A DNA stretch of 64,000 nucleotides, taken from Alphaproteobacteria bacterium (GTDB lineage: Bacteria; Pseudomonadota; Alphaproteobacteria; GCA-2731375). Shown piece after piece: positions 27,081 to 35,130 of this stretch. The notes beneath the pieces are model-generated. The model saw only the letters and a program-made list of their open reading frames with translations, had not been told where the DNA came from and did no database searches. The DNA is taken from the NCBI GenBank assembly GCA_965232515.1, contig CBDDPY010000002.1:6976001-7040000 (forward strand). The letters run 5' to 3'. Numbering within the stretch: the first letter of the stretch is position 1; every line of letters starts with the position of its first letter. The position numbers and the translations under genes are program-made.

Positions 27081-29240
27081 GTGAATACGAAAGCTGCTTG
27101 GTTCGCGGCCCGCGCCTTTGCGGGCGTCGCGACATTCCACCTGCCTGTCGGCGCTCTTGCCCAAGGCGTAGGGCAACAGATCATCCTCGATGAAATCACC
27201 GTTTTTGGAGAACGGTCGTCGTTAACCGCGCCGAACGCGGACGAAGCCCGTGACGCCTTGGAACGTGTCCCGGGAGGCATCGGCTTTGTCGAATCCGATG
27301 TCTTTCTAGACGATTTCGCTCAGAGCATCGGCGATACGCTGGTCTTCACGCCCGGCGTTTACGCCGACACCTCGGCGCAACGGGAAACCCGAATCTCCAT
27401 TAGAGGGTCAGGCCTCAATTCCACCTTCGAGCGGCGGGGAATCACTGTCCGCCGGGACGGCGTGCCGATCTCGCGGGCGAGCGGCAGCACCGAGTTTCAG
27501 GAAGTCGATCCGCTGACGATCGATTACATCGAAGTCTTCAAAGGCGCGAACGGTCTGCGCTACGGCGCGGCATCCCTCGGCGGCGCCATCAATATCGTTT
27601 CGCCCACGGGCCGGACACGAGAGGAAACGTACACGTTCCGCGCCGAAGGCGGCAGTTTCGGCACGGCGCGCACGAGCGCCAGCGTCGCGCACGCCGATGA
27701 CGAATGGGACTTCTATGGCGGCGTAACGGGCTTGCGCTCGGACGGCTATCGCGACCACAGCGATGTGCGCAGCGTCTACGGACACTCCAATATTGGCCGC
27801 ACGTTCGAGAACGGCGTCGAGACGCGCGTGTATCTGACCGCGCTTAGCGACAATTTCGAGTTGGCGGGCAGTCTGGCGCTTGACGACGCGCTGGCCAATC
27901 CGACGGCGGCCGGCCGTCCGGTGACGATCGGTCCCTTCTTTCCCGGAGGGCCGGTGACGGTGCTGGATCCGGGTCCGGAAGCGGACGACTGGGACCGCAA
28001 CCTGGATGTGTTCCGTATCGCCAACAAGACTGCCATTCCATTGGATGACGTCACGCTGGAGGTAGGCGCGTGGTACGCGCTGCGCGATCTTGACCATGCG
28101 ATTACCCGCTTCGCCGGCATTATCGTGCAGGAAGAACATGAGGTCGGCGGCTTCCTTCGCCTCGCTGGCTACAACGAATTGGGCGGGCGCACGGTTGACT
28201 GGTTAGTCGGCGCAGAGATCGCTGCGTCGGACAATGACGCGCGCCGCTTCGAAAACGATTTCGGCGCACGTGGCGCCTTAGCGAGCCGGAGCGACCAGGA
28301 TGCGCGCAATGTGCTGGTCTACGGCCAAGCAGATATTCCATTGACGGATGACCTGACCGCCATTGTCGGCATCCAATATCTCAACACCCTTCGCAAGAGC
28401 GAAGACGTGTTCAACGCCGTCGACGGTGATGTCAGCGAATCCCAGATCAATCCGCGTTTGGGCTTGCTCTGGGACATCGACGACAGTGCGCAACTTTTCT
28501 TCAACGTCAATCGCGGCTTCGAGCCTGCCGGTATTTCCGACCTCACAGCCGGCGGCGTTCTCGACTTCACTCCGCTTGATGCGCAAGAAGCCTGGACGGT
28601 CGAGGTCGGTACGCGCGGCCAACGCGACTGGATCGCCTGGGACCTCTCCGTCTACCGCAGTTGGATCAGGAACGAGTTTATCGATCTCGCCCAGCCGGGC
28701 TTTGGCGGCTTCGTCTCGGCCACGTTCAATGCCGACAAGACGGTCCATCAAGGCGTCGAGCTCGGCGTCGACCTGTTTTTGACGCCGTCGGCCCTCGAGG
28801 AAAAGGGCGGCAAACTCATCTGGCGGAATATCTATACCTATAACGACTTTTTCTTCGCGAGCGATCCTCGGGACTTGAATGGGCAGGCATTTTCGTTCGA
28901 CGGCAACCGTCTCGCCGGCGTGCCGAAACACGTCTATGTGTCGGAACTCCGCCTGGAAAAAGACCGATGGTACGCCGCGGTCAACTTCCGCTGGGTGCCG
29001 GACGGGCATTTTGTCGATTTCGCCAATACGGTTCAAGTTCCGGGATATGAGCTCGTCGGCGTGACGGCAGGCTACGACGTCACCGACATTGTACGCCTCT
29101 TCGTCTCCGCGGAAAACCTGACCGACAAGCGATACATCTCCAACGTTTCGACCGTTGCCGATCAATCCGTCGAGAACGCCCGGGTGTTCACGCCGGGGCA
29201 AGGGCGCGCCGTCTTCGGCGGTCTCTCCGTCTCTTTTTAA
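27081..29240 (+). CDS. TonB-dependent receptor (probably metal/copper-related)
   Basis: ISIRGSG, IEVFKGANGLRYGAASLGGAIN, NLTDKRY, C-terminal Phe; follows DUF2946. Start uncertain (27012 or 27081). Confidence 0.88.
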   Translation: MNTKAAWFAARAFAGVATFHLPVGALAQGVGQQIILDEITVFGERSSLTAPNADEARDALERVPGGIGFVESDVFLDDFAQSIGDTLVFTPGVYADTSAQRETRISIRGSGLNSTFERRGITVRRDGVPISRASGSTEFQEVDPLTIDYIEVFKGANGLRYGAASLGGAINIVSPTGRTREETYTFRAEGGSFGTARTSASVAHADDEWDFYGGVTGLRSDGYRDHSDVRSVYGHSNIGRTFENGVETRVYLTALSDNFELAGSLALDDALANPTAAGRPVTIGPFFPGGPVTVLDPGPEADDWDRNLDVFRIANKTAIPLDDVTLEVGAWYALRDLDHAITRFAGIIVQEEHEVGGFLRLAGYNELGGRTVDWLVGAEIAASDNDARRFENDFGARGALASRSDQDARNVLVYGQADIPLTDDLTAIVGIQYLNTLRKSEDVFNAVDGDVSESQINPRLGLLWDIDDSAQLFFNVNRGFEPAGISDLTAGGVLDFTPLDAQEAWTVEVGTRGQRDWIAWDLSVYRSWIRNEFIDLAQPGFGGFVSATFNADKTVHQGVELGVDLFLTPSALEEKGGKLIWRNIYTYNDFFFASDPRDLNGQAFSFDGNRLAGVPKHVYVSELRLEKDRWYAAVNFRWVPDGHFVDFANTVQVPGYELVGVTAGYDVTDIVRLFVSAENLTDKRYISNVSTVADQSVENARVFTPGQGRAVFGGLSVSF

Positions 29241-29268
29241 TCAAGACCTTCTGTGAACGGAGAGAACC

Positions 29269-30780
29269 ATGCGTGTCCAATCGATTAAGCTTCACCGTTT
29301 CCTCGCAATCCTTGGCGGGATCGGGCTCTTGCTGTGGGGCGGCTCTGGTCTCCTACATCCAATCATCACCACCTGGGGCCCCCAGCAGGCAGTGTTCTAC
29401 CCGCCATCGCATCCTGTCGATCTCGCTGGCATCCGGCCGATTCACGAAACGCTGGCGGATGCAGGTATCGCGCAAGCCGCCGCCATTCGCATCGTCCCCG
29501 GTAATAATGAAAGCCTCCTACAGGTTACCGAAGACCCGCAAGCGCCTCGGCGATATTTCCGCCTCGGTGACGGCGCGGAGTTGCCAGACCATGACAAGAC
29601 GCACGCCGTATTTCTGGCGCGCCACTACACGCGGGAAGAAGCGCCGGTGCGCTCCGTCGAATGGATCGACGACTTCACGCCCAGCTATCCGTGGGTCAAT
29701 CGTCTCTTGCCGGTCTACAAGGTCACGTTCGACCGGCCGGACAATCTCACCATCTATGTCTACACGGAAACCAACGCCGCCGCGGGTGTCGACAACAGAT
29801 TCAAATCCTTTCTGCAAACCGGCTTTCGCTGGTTCCACACCTGGAGCTGGTTCTCGGTCGAGGCTGATTGGGCCCGTGTCATCCTGATGGCGCTCTTCGT
29901 CGGATCGCTTCTGGCGCTGGCGCTCAGCGGCGTCACGATGATCGTGCTCATCCGCCGCAAGGCACGCGCACCCGGCATCCGCGGATGGCATCGCATCGCC
30001 GGCTACGCGGCGGCGCTGCCGCTCTTGATGTTCACCTCGAGCGGGCTTTTTCACCTTATTCAGTATGCGGCGACGCCACCGACCAAGAACCTCACCCTGT
30101 CGCCCTCCGTCTCCCTCGCCAGCGCGTCCTTTCCGATTCATGAGCAATGGGCTGACCTGAGCGCCGGACTCAACGTATCAACGGTCTCCATTATCGAAGA
30201 TGCAAACGGTCGCCTTTTGTATCGCCTGGGACTTGCGGCGCCCCGTCGTGGCGGCCCTGAGACCCCGTCGGAAATCCGCAACGCCCGCTTTGACGGCGTC
30301 GAACGCACGGGGCCTGCGCTCTATATCGACGCATCGACCGGCGCGCCGCTTAAGGACGGCGACCGGGAAATCGCCTTGCAATTGGGCGAGCGGTTTACCG
30401 GCGTCTCGCGACAGGCGATCCACAACACCGAACTCGTCACGCGGTTCGGGCCGCAATACGATTTCCGCAACAAGCGTCTACCCGTCTGGCGGCTCGACTA
30501 TGGCGCGCCGGTCAACGCAACGATCTTCGTTGACACCACGAGCGGTGTTCTCGCCGACCGCACGCCCGACCATGCGAAAGCCGAACAGTGGAGCTTTTCC
30601 TATCTCCATAAATGGAATTTTCTCTTTCCACTCGGTCGCGAGGCTCAAAACGTCATTGTCTCCATCGCGGTGGCATTCAGTCTTGTGTTCATGGCTGGGA
30701 TCGGGCTCACACTCGATCTGCGGCGCAGAAAGAACTCACGTAGTTCTCGTCGCAAGCGCAAACATCCCAAGCCCTCTTGA
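29269..30780 (+). CDS. PepSY-associated TM protein
   Basis: KLHRFL...SGLLHP, YPWVNRLLPVY, FHTW, WHR, YDFRNKRLPVW, YLHKWNF. Confidence 0.82.
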   Translation: MRVQSIKLHRFLAILGGIGLLLWGGSGLLHPIITTWGPQQAVFYPPSHPVDLAGIRPIHETLADAGIAQAAAIRIVPGNNESLLQVTEDPQAPRRYFRLGDGAELPDHDKTHAVFLARHYTREEAPVRSVEWIDDFTPSYPWVNRLLPVYKVTFDRPDNLTIYVYTETNAAAGVDNRFKSFLQTGFRWFHTWSWFSVEADWARVILMALFVGSLLALALSGVTMIVLIRRKARAPGIRGWHRIAGYAAALPLLMFTSSGLFHLIQYAATPPTKNLTLSPSVSLASASFPIHEQWADLSAGLNVSTVSIIEDANGRLLYRLGLAAPRRGGPETPSEIRNARFDGVERTGPALYIDASTGAPLKDGDREIALQLGERFTGVSRQAIHNTELVTRFGPQYDFRNKRLPVWRLDYGAPVNATIFVDTTSGVLADRTPDHAKAEQWSFSYLHKWNFLFPLGREAQNVIVSIAVAFSLVFMAGIGLTLDLRRRKNSRSSRRKRKHPKPS

Positions 30781-31292
30781 AAGTCCCCGCCACGCTGAAG
30801 ACCGAACGCAGACTTTACCTGACCGTTGCCAATGCAGATCTGGAAGCGTTCTTGCGTACCCGATCTTTCAACCGAGACTTGGCGCTGAGCTTTAGGACAT
30901 CGTCGTCTTGTCGTATCGGCAGGTTCCGTTGGTGAAGGTCCGGGCCGGCATCGCGGCGGGAGTGCTCTCAACGCGGCTGTTCGCAAAAGCTCCCTCTCTT
31001 CTAACCGCATTGGACTGGGCGTGCCGCTTAAGTCCGCATCGACGCGTTCGTCAATCCATCACGTTTTCAGTCGGTCTACCGGCGATCAACGGGCTGCCTT
31101 CCAAGCTTTGCCGGCACACGGTCAAAGGCCGCTGTTCACCCCTTCTTTCATTGGTGATTGCGACCGTTTCCATCACACCGGCGCCAATTGATTTCGCTCC
31201 GTTCCGCTTCCTTCTTCATGGATCGATCCCCACCGAAGAACCTGATCCCTTCGTTCGGACGGGTCTTATGAGGGCCGCGATACGCGGTCTCA

Positions 31293-31418
31293 ACCCGGCC
31301 CGGCTCCCCCCGTGTTGTTCGCGGGGCCGACGCATAGGAACCCGCGCCGGACTGACGCCGGCGCGGAACCCTTGCGCGTCCACCCGCTCACGGCCCGCGC
31401 CAGGGGGCCGGTCCGGGT
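31293..31418. promoter_or_regulatory. Long nested hairpin upstream of DUF736 gene (candidate ssDNA promoter)
   Basis: ACCCGG/CCGGGT, GGGCCG/CGGCCC, GACGC/GCGTC and CCGCGCCGG/CCGGCGCGG pairs. Confidence 0.55.
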
Positions 31419-31584
31419 CCTCCGCTAACGCTCCGGTCCGCTCTTCTTAATCAGGAGACGGACCGCTTGCGCGGCCCGGCATTTTCTTTTGCGCGGATGA
31501 AACCCCGATCTTTGCGCCCCTCATTGGCCGACCCGTCGAAGGGATCGGCCCTTCGGCATTCATCTTGAAGAAGGAAATCGAACG

Positions 31585-31908
31585 ATGTCGAACATTGGCT
31601 ATGTGAAGCAAACTGGCGAACACCACTATGAAGGTGAACTCTCCGGCCTCCTGAACTGGCGTGGCAAGATCCGTCTGCAACCCCTGACGAACGCCGTCTC
31701 GCCCAACGCTCCCGAGATGGAAGTCGTCGCGGAAAACGGCGCTCCGATCGGCACGGCCCGGGTCCGGATGAGCAGAAAGTCCGGCAATCCTTACGTCAAC
31801 CTGGCGATCAAGCATCCCCAGATCGCCCGCGGCGGCCCGATCTTCGCCAACCTCGGTCCCGCGAACGACCAGGACGACGGAGACGTCTTCGCCATCATCG
31901 CCAACTAG
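31585..31908 (+). CDS. DUF736 family protein
   Basis: IGY...YEG.L...NAP...IGTA...SG.PY..L...P; AAGGA RBS. Confidence 0.72.
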   Translation: MSNIGYVKQTGEHHYEGELSGLLNWRGKIRLQPLTNAVSPNAPEMEVVAENGAPIGTARVRMSRKSGNPYVNLAIKHPQIARGGPIFANLGPANDQDDGDVFAIIAN

Positions 31909-31924
31909 CCCCGGTTGGCGCATC

Positions 31925-31962
31925 GGCCCCGCGCGGGAAACCCTCCCGGCCCGCGCGGGGCC
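31925..31962 (+). terminator. Strong stem-loop after DUF736
   Basis: GGCCCCGCGCGGG-N12-CCCGCGCGGGGCC then TTCCTCATT. Confidence 0.55.
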
Positions 31963-32175
31963 TTCCTCATTCCAGCCGGCTTTCGCCCTCCGGCCCACCA
32001 CAGGGATGGCCGCCCTCCCGCTGCGCCGCGCGTCGCCCGCCAAGCGGGGGCGAGCGAGCGACGGCGGCTCCGCGGGGATGGCTTTGCGAAGCCCGGTGTT
32101 TTCTTTCAGAAATCAGAGCGTGGAGATTGGATCCCGTTCGCCATTAACCGAGGATGCCGGAAACGCCCGTCCGCC

Positions 32176-32275
32176 TCAACGATCGGCGGTCCCCCCAATT
32201 TTTCCCTCCGCTAGCGCTCCAGAAAAAATCGGCACCCCCGCCGACCCTCCGGGCGCGCGTGCCGCGCGTCGTTGA
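32176..32275. promoter_or_regulatory. Long nested hairpin upstream of small ORF (candidate ssDNA promoter)
   Basis: TCAACGA/TCGTTGA (contains TTGACC), TCGGCGG/CCGCCGA, ATTTTT/AAAAAT. Confidence 0.5.
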
Positions 32276-32336
32276 CCCGGCCGACCGTTTCCGACCGCCA
32301 GGCGGTGTCGAAACGTTGATCAAAGGAGACACCGAA

Positions 32337-32549
32337 ATGACTCGTCAAACCGACACTGCCTTTCCGTTCGATATCGATGAAGAAATCGCCATCCGTCGCA
32401 AGGAACTCGACCGCGAGATCGCACACGTCAGAGGAGCAGAAGCCGACTTCGACGACTACGGGGTGGAAGGGACGCCGCATCTGAAAGAAATGGCGGACCT
32501 GCTGGATGCGCTGATCGCGGCGCGGCAACAGGAGCTGGGGGGCGCTTAA
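32337..32549 (+). CDS. Small acidic hypothetical protein (70 aa)
   Basis: AAAGGAG RBS, ATG 32337, own terminator; 17 D/E versus 8 K/R. Confidence 0.7.
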   Translation: MTRQTDTAFPFDIDEEIAIRRKELDREIAHVRGAEADFDDYGVEGTPHLKEMADLLDALIAARQQELGGA

Positions 32550-32561
32550 GCCCCCTTTTTT
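32538..32561 (+). terminator. Intrinsic terminator
   Basis: GGGGGC-GCTTAA-GCCCCC-TTTTTT. Confidence 0.7.
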
Positions 32562-32645
32562 GCTTCGGCGCCTCGGCGCAAACTGAGAGTATGTGCTCTT
32601 CTGTACAATCCAGAGTTTACAAATCATAAATGTATATAGACGAGA

Positions 32646-32969
32646 ATGATAAGTTGCGGCGCACTTCCTCAAAGAACGCTTGAACCTGTATTTGAGGTGC
32701 TGACACCGCCAACTGAACGGAAGGTGGAGGGCATGGTCGGCAGAGTTTTGGCAGTTGAAGACGTATTGGCGGCGCCGCGCATCGGCAGGCTTTCAAATGC
32801 CGCATGGGCATGGGAATTCCTGCGGCGCAACCCGGATTATCAGCGGGCCTACCGTGCCAATCGTCCAGGGATGATGAAGCCGATCACACTCAAGTCGCGG
32901 ACGCGCCTGATCCGTTTGCGCAAGCGGTTCCCGGAGGCAGAGAACTGGGGGTTGCTCTTTTTTCGCTGA
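32646..32969 (+). CDS. fseA: N-terminal part of FseA-like activator (Msi172/DUF6499-like); start uncertain
   Basis: WAWEFLRRNPDY motif; ends WGLLFFR* at a slippery site. Confidence 0.8.
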   Translation: MISCGALPQRTLEPVFEVLTPPTERKVEGMVGRVLAVEDVLAAPRIGRLSNAAWAWEFLRRNPDYQRAYRANRPGMMKPITLKSRTRLIRLRKRFPEAENWGLLFFR

Positions 32970-33546
32970 TCCGGCCCTAAGCGCCGGAGAGGCCGACGTG
33001 TTCTGGCGGCCCGATCTTTTTCCTGCGACGCTGGGCGTGCGCGTCGATCCGGTCGACGAAAGAACGAACGGCGATGTCATAACGCTGGACCGGATTCACA
33101 GCCGGCGCACCATCGCCGAGGTGCCGGGCTGGGGTCAATTCGCCGTGCTGGATTGCGACCGGTATTGGGTTCAACTCGCATATCAGGGCGAGGCGCCGGT
33201 CGGCGACCGAGGGGCCGTCAGGGTACAGATCGATGGCGTTGAACATGGCCATCGGCATATCAAATCGGCTGCGCAATTGCTCGCGCTCTACCGGGAAACG
33301 GACCGCCCTTTGAGCTCAATCGGGGTTCGCCGCAACGGCAAGAGGCTTGGGGATGCGCTGCTGGCGCACGACATAAAGTCGGTGGGCGGCAGCCTGCGCG
33401 ACATCGCAACGGGCCTATATGGCGCACAGATTGTAGAGCGCGATTGGAGCGGCGAAAGCCGTTACCTGAAAGAAAGAGCGCGTCGTGCGCTCGAACGCGC
33501 CAAGAAAACCATCGACGGCGCCTATCTGAATCTATTAGAAGAATAG
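32962..33546 (+). CDS. fseA: C-terminal part of FseA-like activator (Msi171/DUF2285-like), in the +1 frame
   Basis: +1 frame reads FADPALSAGEADVFWRP... to AL.AHD...SLRDIA.GLYG...W...R..ERA...GAY..LL; no clear RBS of its own. Confidence 0.8.
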   Translation, partial: FADPALSAGEADVFWRPDLFPATLGVRVDPVDERTNGDVITLDRIHSRRTIAEVPGWGQFAVLDCDRYWVQLAYQGEAPVGDRGAVRVQIDGVEHGHRHIKSAAQLLALYRETDRPLSSIGVRRNGKRLGDALLAHDIKSVGGSLRDIATGLYGAQIVERDWSGESRYLKERARRALERAKKTIDGAYLNLLEE

Positions 33547-33583
33547 TCAGGCGCACACAGAACGCCACGGTCGCGCCCAAGGG

Positions 33584-33615
33584 GTGTCGTTTCTGAAGTA
33601 GTTTGAAAACGACAC
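33584..33615. promoter_or_regulatory. Inverted repeat upstream of rdfS (candidate FseA site)
   Basis: GTGTCGTTT-N14-AAACGACAC about 90 bp before the rdfS ATG. Confidence 0.5.
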
Positions 33616-33706
33616 TACCGAAACCCTCGAACAGGTCACACTATTCCTTTAGAGCCCCCCAAAAGGCTCCGTGACGTACTGTCTGTGTATTGTGGGGTAT
33701 CTAGAG

Positions 33707-33919
33707 ATGGCGAATGATGATGACATCAATGAAAGCCCGTTCAAAACGACCGTAGAAGCCGCGCGATTCCTGCGTCTGAAGAAGCGGACGCTCGATAATA
33801 TGCGTTGGCGTGGCGTCGGTCCCAAGTACCGCAAACATGGCGGTCGCATCTGTTACCACGTTGAAGACCTGACGGCATGGTCGAATGCGCATGAGAGCAC
33901 TCATGCCGCAGAAAGATGA
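33707..33919 (+). CDS. rdfS: RdfS-like winged-HTH excisionase
   Basis: T.EAARFLRL..RTL...R..G.GP.YRK.GGR..Y...DL..W. Confidence 0.85.
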   Translation: MANDDDINESPFKTTVEAARFLRLKKRTLDNMRWRGVGPKYRKHGGRICYHVEDLTAWSNAHESTHAAER

Positions 33920-34379
33920 CCATCTAACCCGCGTCGATCTCGCGTTTTATCCGGACACGGTCAATGACTGGCTGCGGTTTGGCGCGCCCTTGCGCCTCGA
34001 TCATCTAGACCGCCGACGAAGCCGAGCTTGGTTCCGGCCGCACTCTACCTTTAGCTATATACGCTGGCGCGCAAACGAATACGGCACGCAGTCTTGGCGA
34101 TGCTTCGTGTTGCGAGCGGCAGCGCCCGGGGAGATCGCAACGCGCGTGCCGGGCGTTTATCCCGGCGCCCATGTGCTCGTCAATGTGTCGGGTGTCACCT
34201 ATTCAAAGCGGCTTCTATCCATGTTCGATGACCTTGAAATCATCGTCAATGACCTGAGTGACGTGTCGCCTGCTTATTGGCGTCAGGCACAGCTTCGCGT
34301 TCCCTTGAAGCTGGAGCCGCACGCCTATGCCGCCGAACAATCGGTCGGCGCGGCAATGCTGGCGGGAATTGCTTCGTGA
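33903..34379 (+). CDS. DUF2840 family protein
   Basis: LT.V.L, WLRFG, RWRANEYGT, VPGV.PGA, VSP.YWR. Confidence 0.8.
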   Translation: MPQKDDHLTRVDLAFYPDTVNDWLRFGAPLRLDHLDRRRSRAWFRPHSTFSYIRWRANEYGTQSWRCFVLRAAAPGEIATRVPGVYPGAHVLVNVSGVTYSKRLLSMFDDLEIIVNDLSDVSPAYWRQAQLRVPLKLEPHAYAAEQSVGAAMLAGIAS

Positions 34380-34882
34380 GGCGCGGGGCGGCGACATTCG
34401 CTTGCGGTTCGGCCGCCATCGCCGCGATTTTGGCAGCGAGCTTCAATGCGTTCAGCCCGCGTCTCATTTACAATCCGAGCCCCAGCGCGCCGCTGGGTTT
34501 CTATCTGATCGACCGAAAAACGCCCTTCAAAACCGGCGACCGCGTGGCCGCATTCGCGCCGGAATGGGCGCGCGAACTGGCCGATGAACGCGGCTATCTG
34601 CCTGGCGATTTGCCGGTGATCAAGCAAGTTTGGGCGATGGCCGGAGATGAAATCTGCGCCGAAAACAGACTGCTTTTTGCGCCCAGTCAGCCTCCGATTC
34701 ATGCAAGAGACAGCGATAGTTTAGGCCGTGAAATGCCGGTCTGGACAGGCTGCCGAACCCTTCAGCAAGGGGAATACCTGCTCATTTCCAACGATGTGCA
34801 GGGCTCGTTCGACGGCCGCTATTTCGGGCCGGTGACGGATGAGGAAATCCTTGGCCGCGCCCGCCTGGTGTGGCGGCACTAA
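34376..34882 (+). CDS. traF: S26-family pilin peptidase TraF
   Basis: YNPSPSAPLGFY, RGYLP..P.IK, DS.GR.MP.W.GC, SFDGRYFGP. GTG start overlaps the DUF2840 stop. Confidence 0.88.
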   Translation: MRRGAATFACGSAAIAAILAASFNAFSPRLIYNPSPSAPLGFYLIDRKTPFKTGDRVAAFAPEWARELADERGYLPGDLPVIKQVWAMAGDEICAENRLLFAPSQPPIHARDSDSLGREMPVWTGCRTLQQGEYLLISNDVQGSFDGRYFGPVTDEEILGRARLVWRH

Positions 34883-34934
34883 AGCACGGACTGATCATAT
34901 GGAGCGGATGAGAGACGGTGTGCGGGGAGAGTCG

Positions 34935-35035
34935 GAGGTAGGGCAAGATAAAAGGGACCTGCGCACAGTGCGCTGCGAGGCCAGCCTGCACATCACTTTT
35001 GCATGCGCACGGACGAAACGTCCATGCGCATGCCT
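34935..35035 (-). other. Putative oriT; nic between 34944 and 34943 on the minus strand
   Basis: Minus strand TATCTTG^CCC versus RP4 nic TATCCTG^CCC; inverted repeats GCGCAC-A-GTGCGC (34961-34973) and GCATGCGCA...TGCGCATGC (35001-35033) lie 5' of it; directly upstream of the relaxase. Confidence 0.65.
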
Positions 35036-35130
35036 TTGACGGCAACGCCTTGATCACCTTGCGGTTTTCAATGCGCATGCTCTGAAAAATCCCGGAAACA
35101 CAACGCCTTAGCGGAGGCGAAGATCGTGAC

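Noticed and set aside
30781-31450. 180-aa ORF at 30908-31450
   Set aside because: No RBS or motifs, and it overlaps the long hairpin; treated as non-coding.
32646-33546. Pseudogene or sequencing frameshift
   Set aside because: The break falls on the motif known for FseA programmed frameshifting and both halves look intact.
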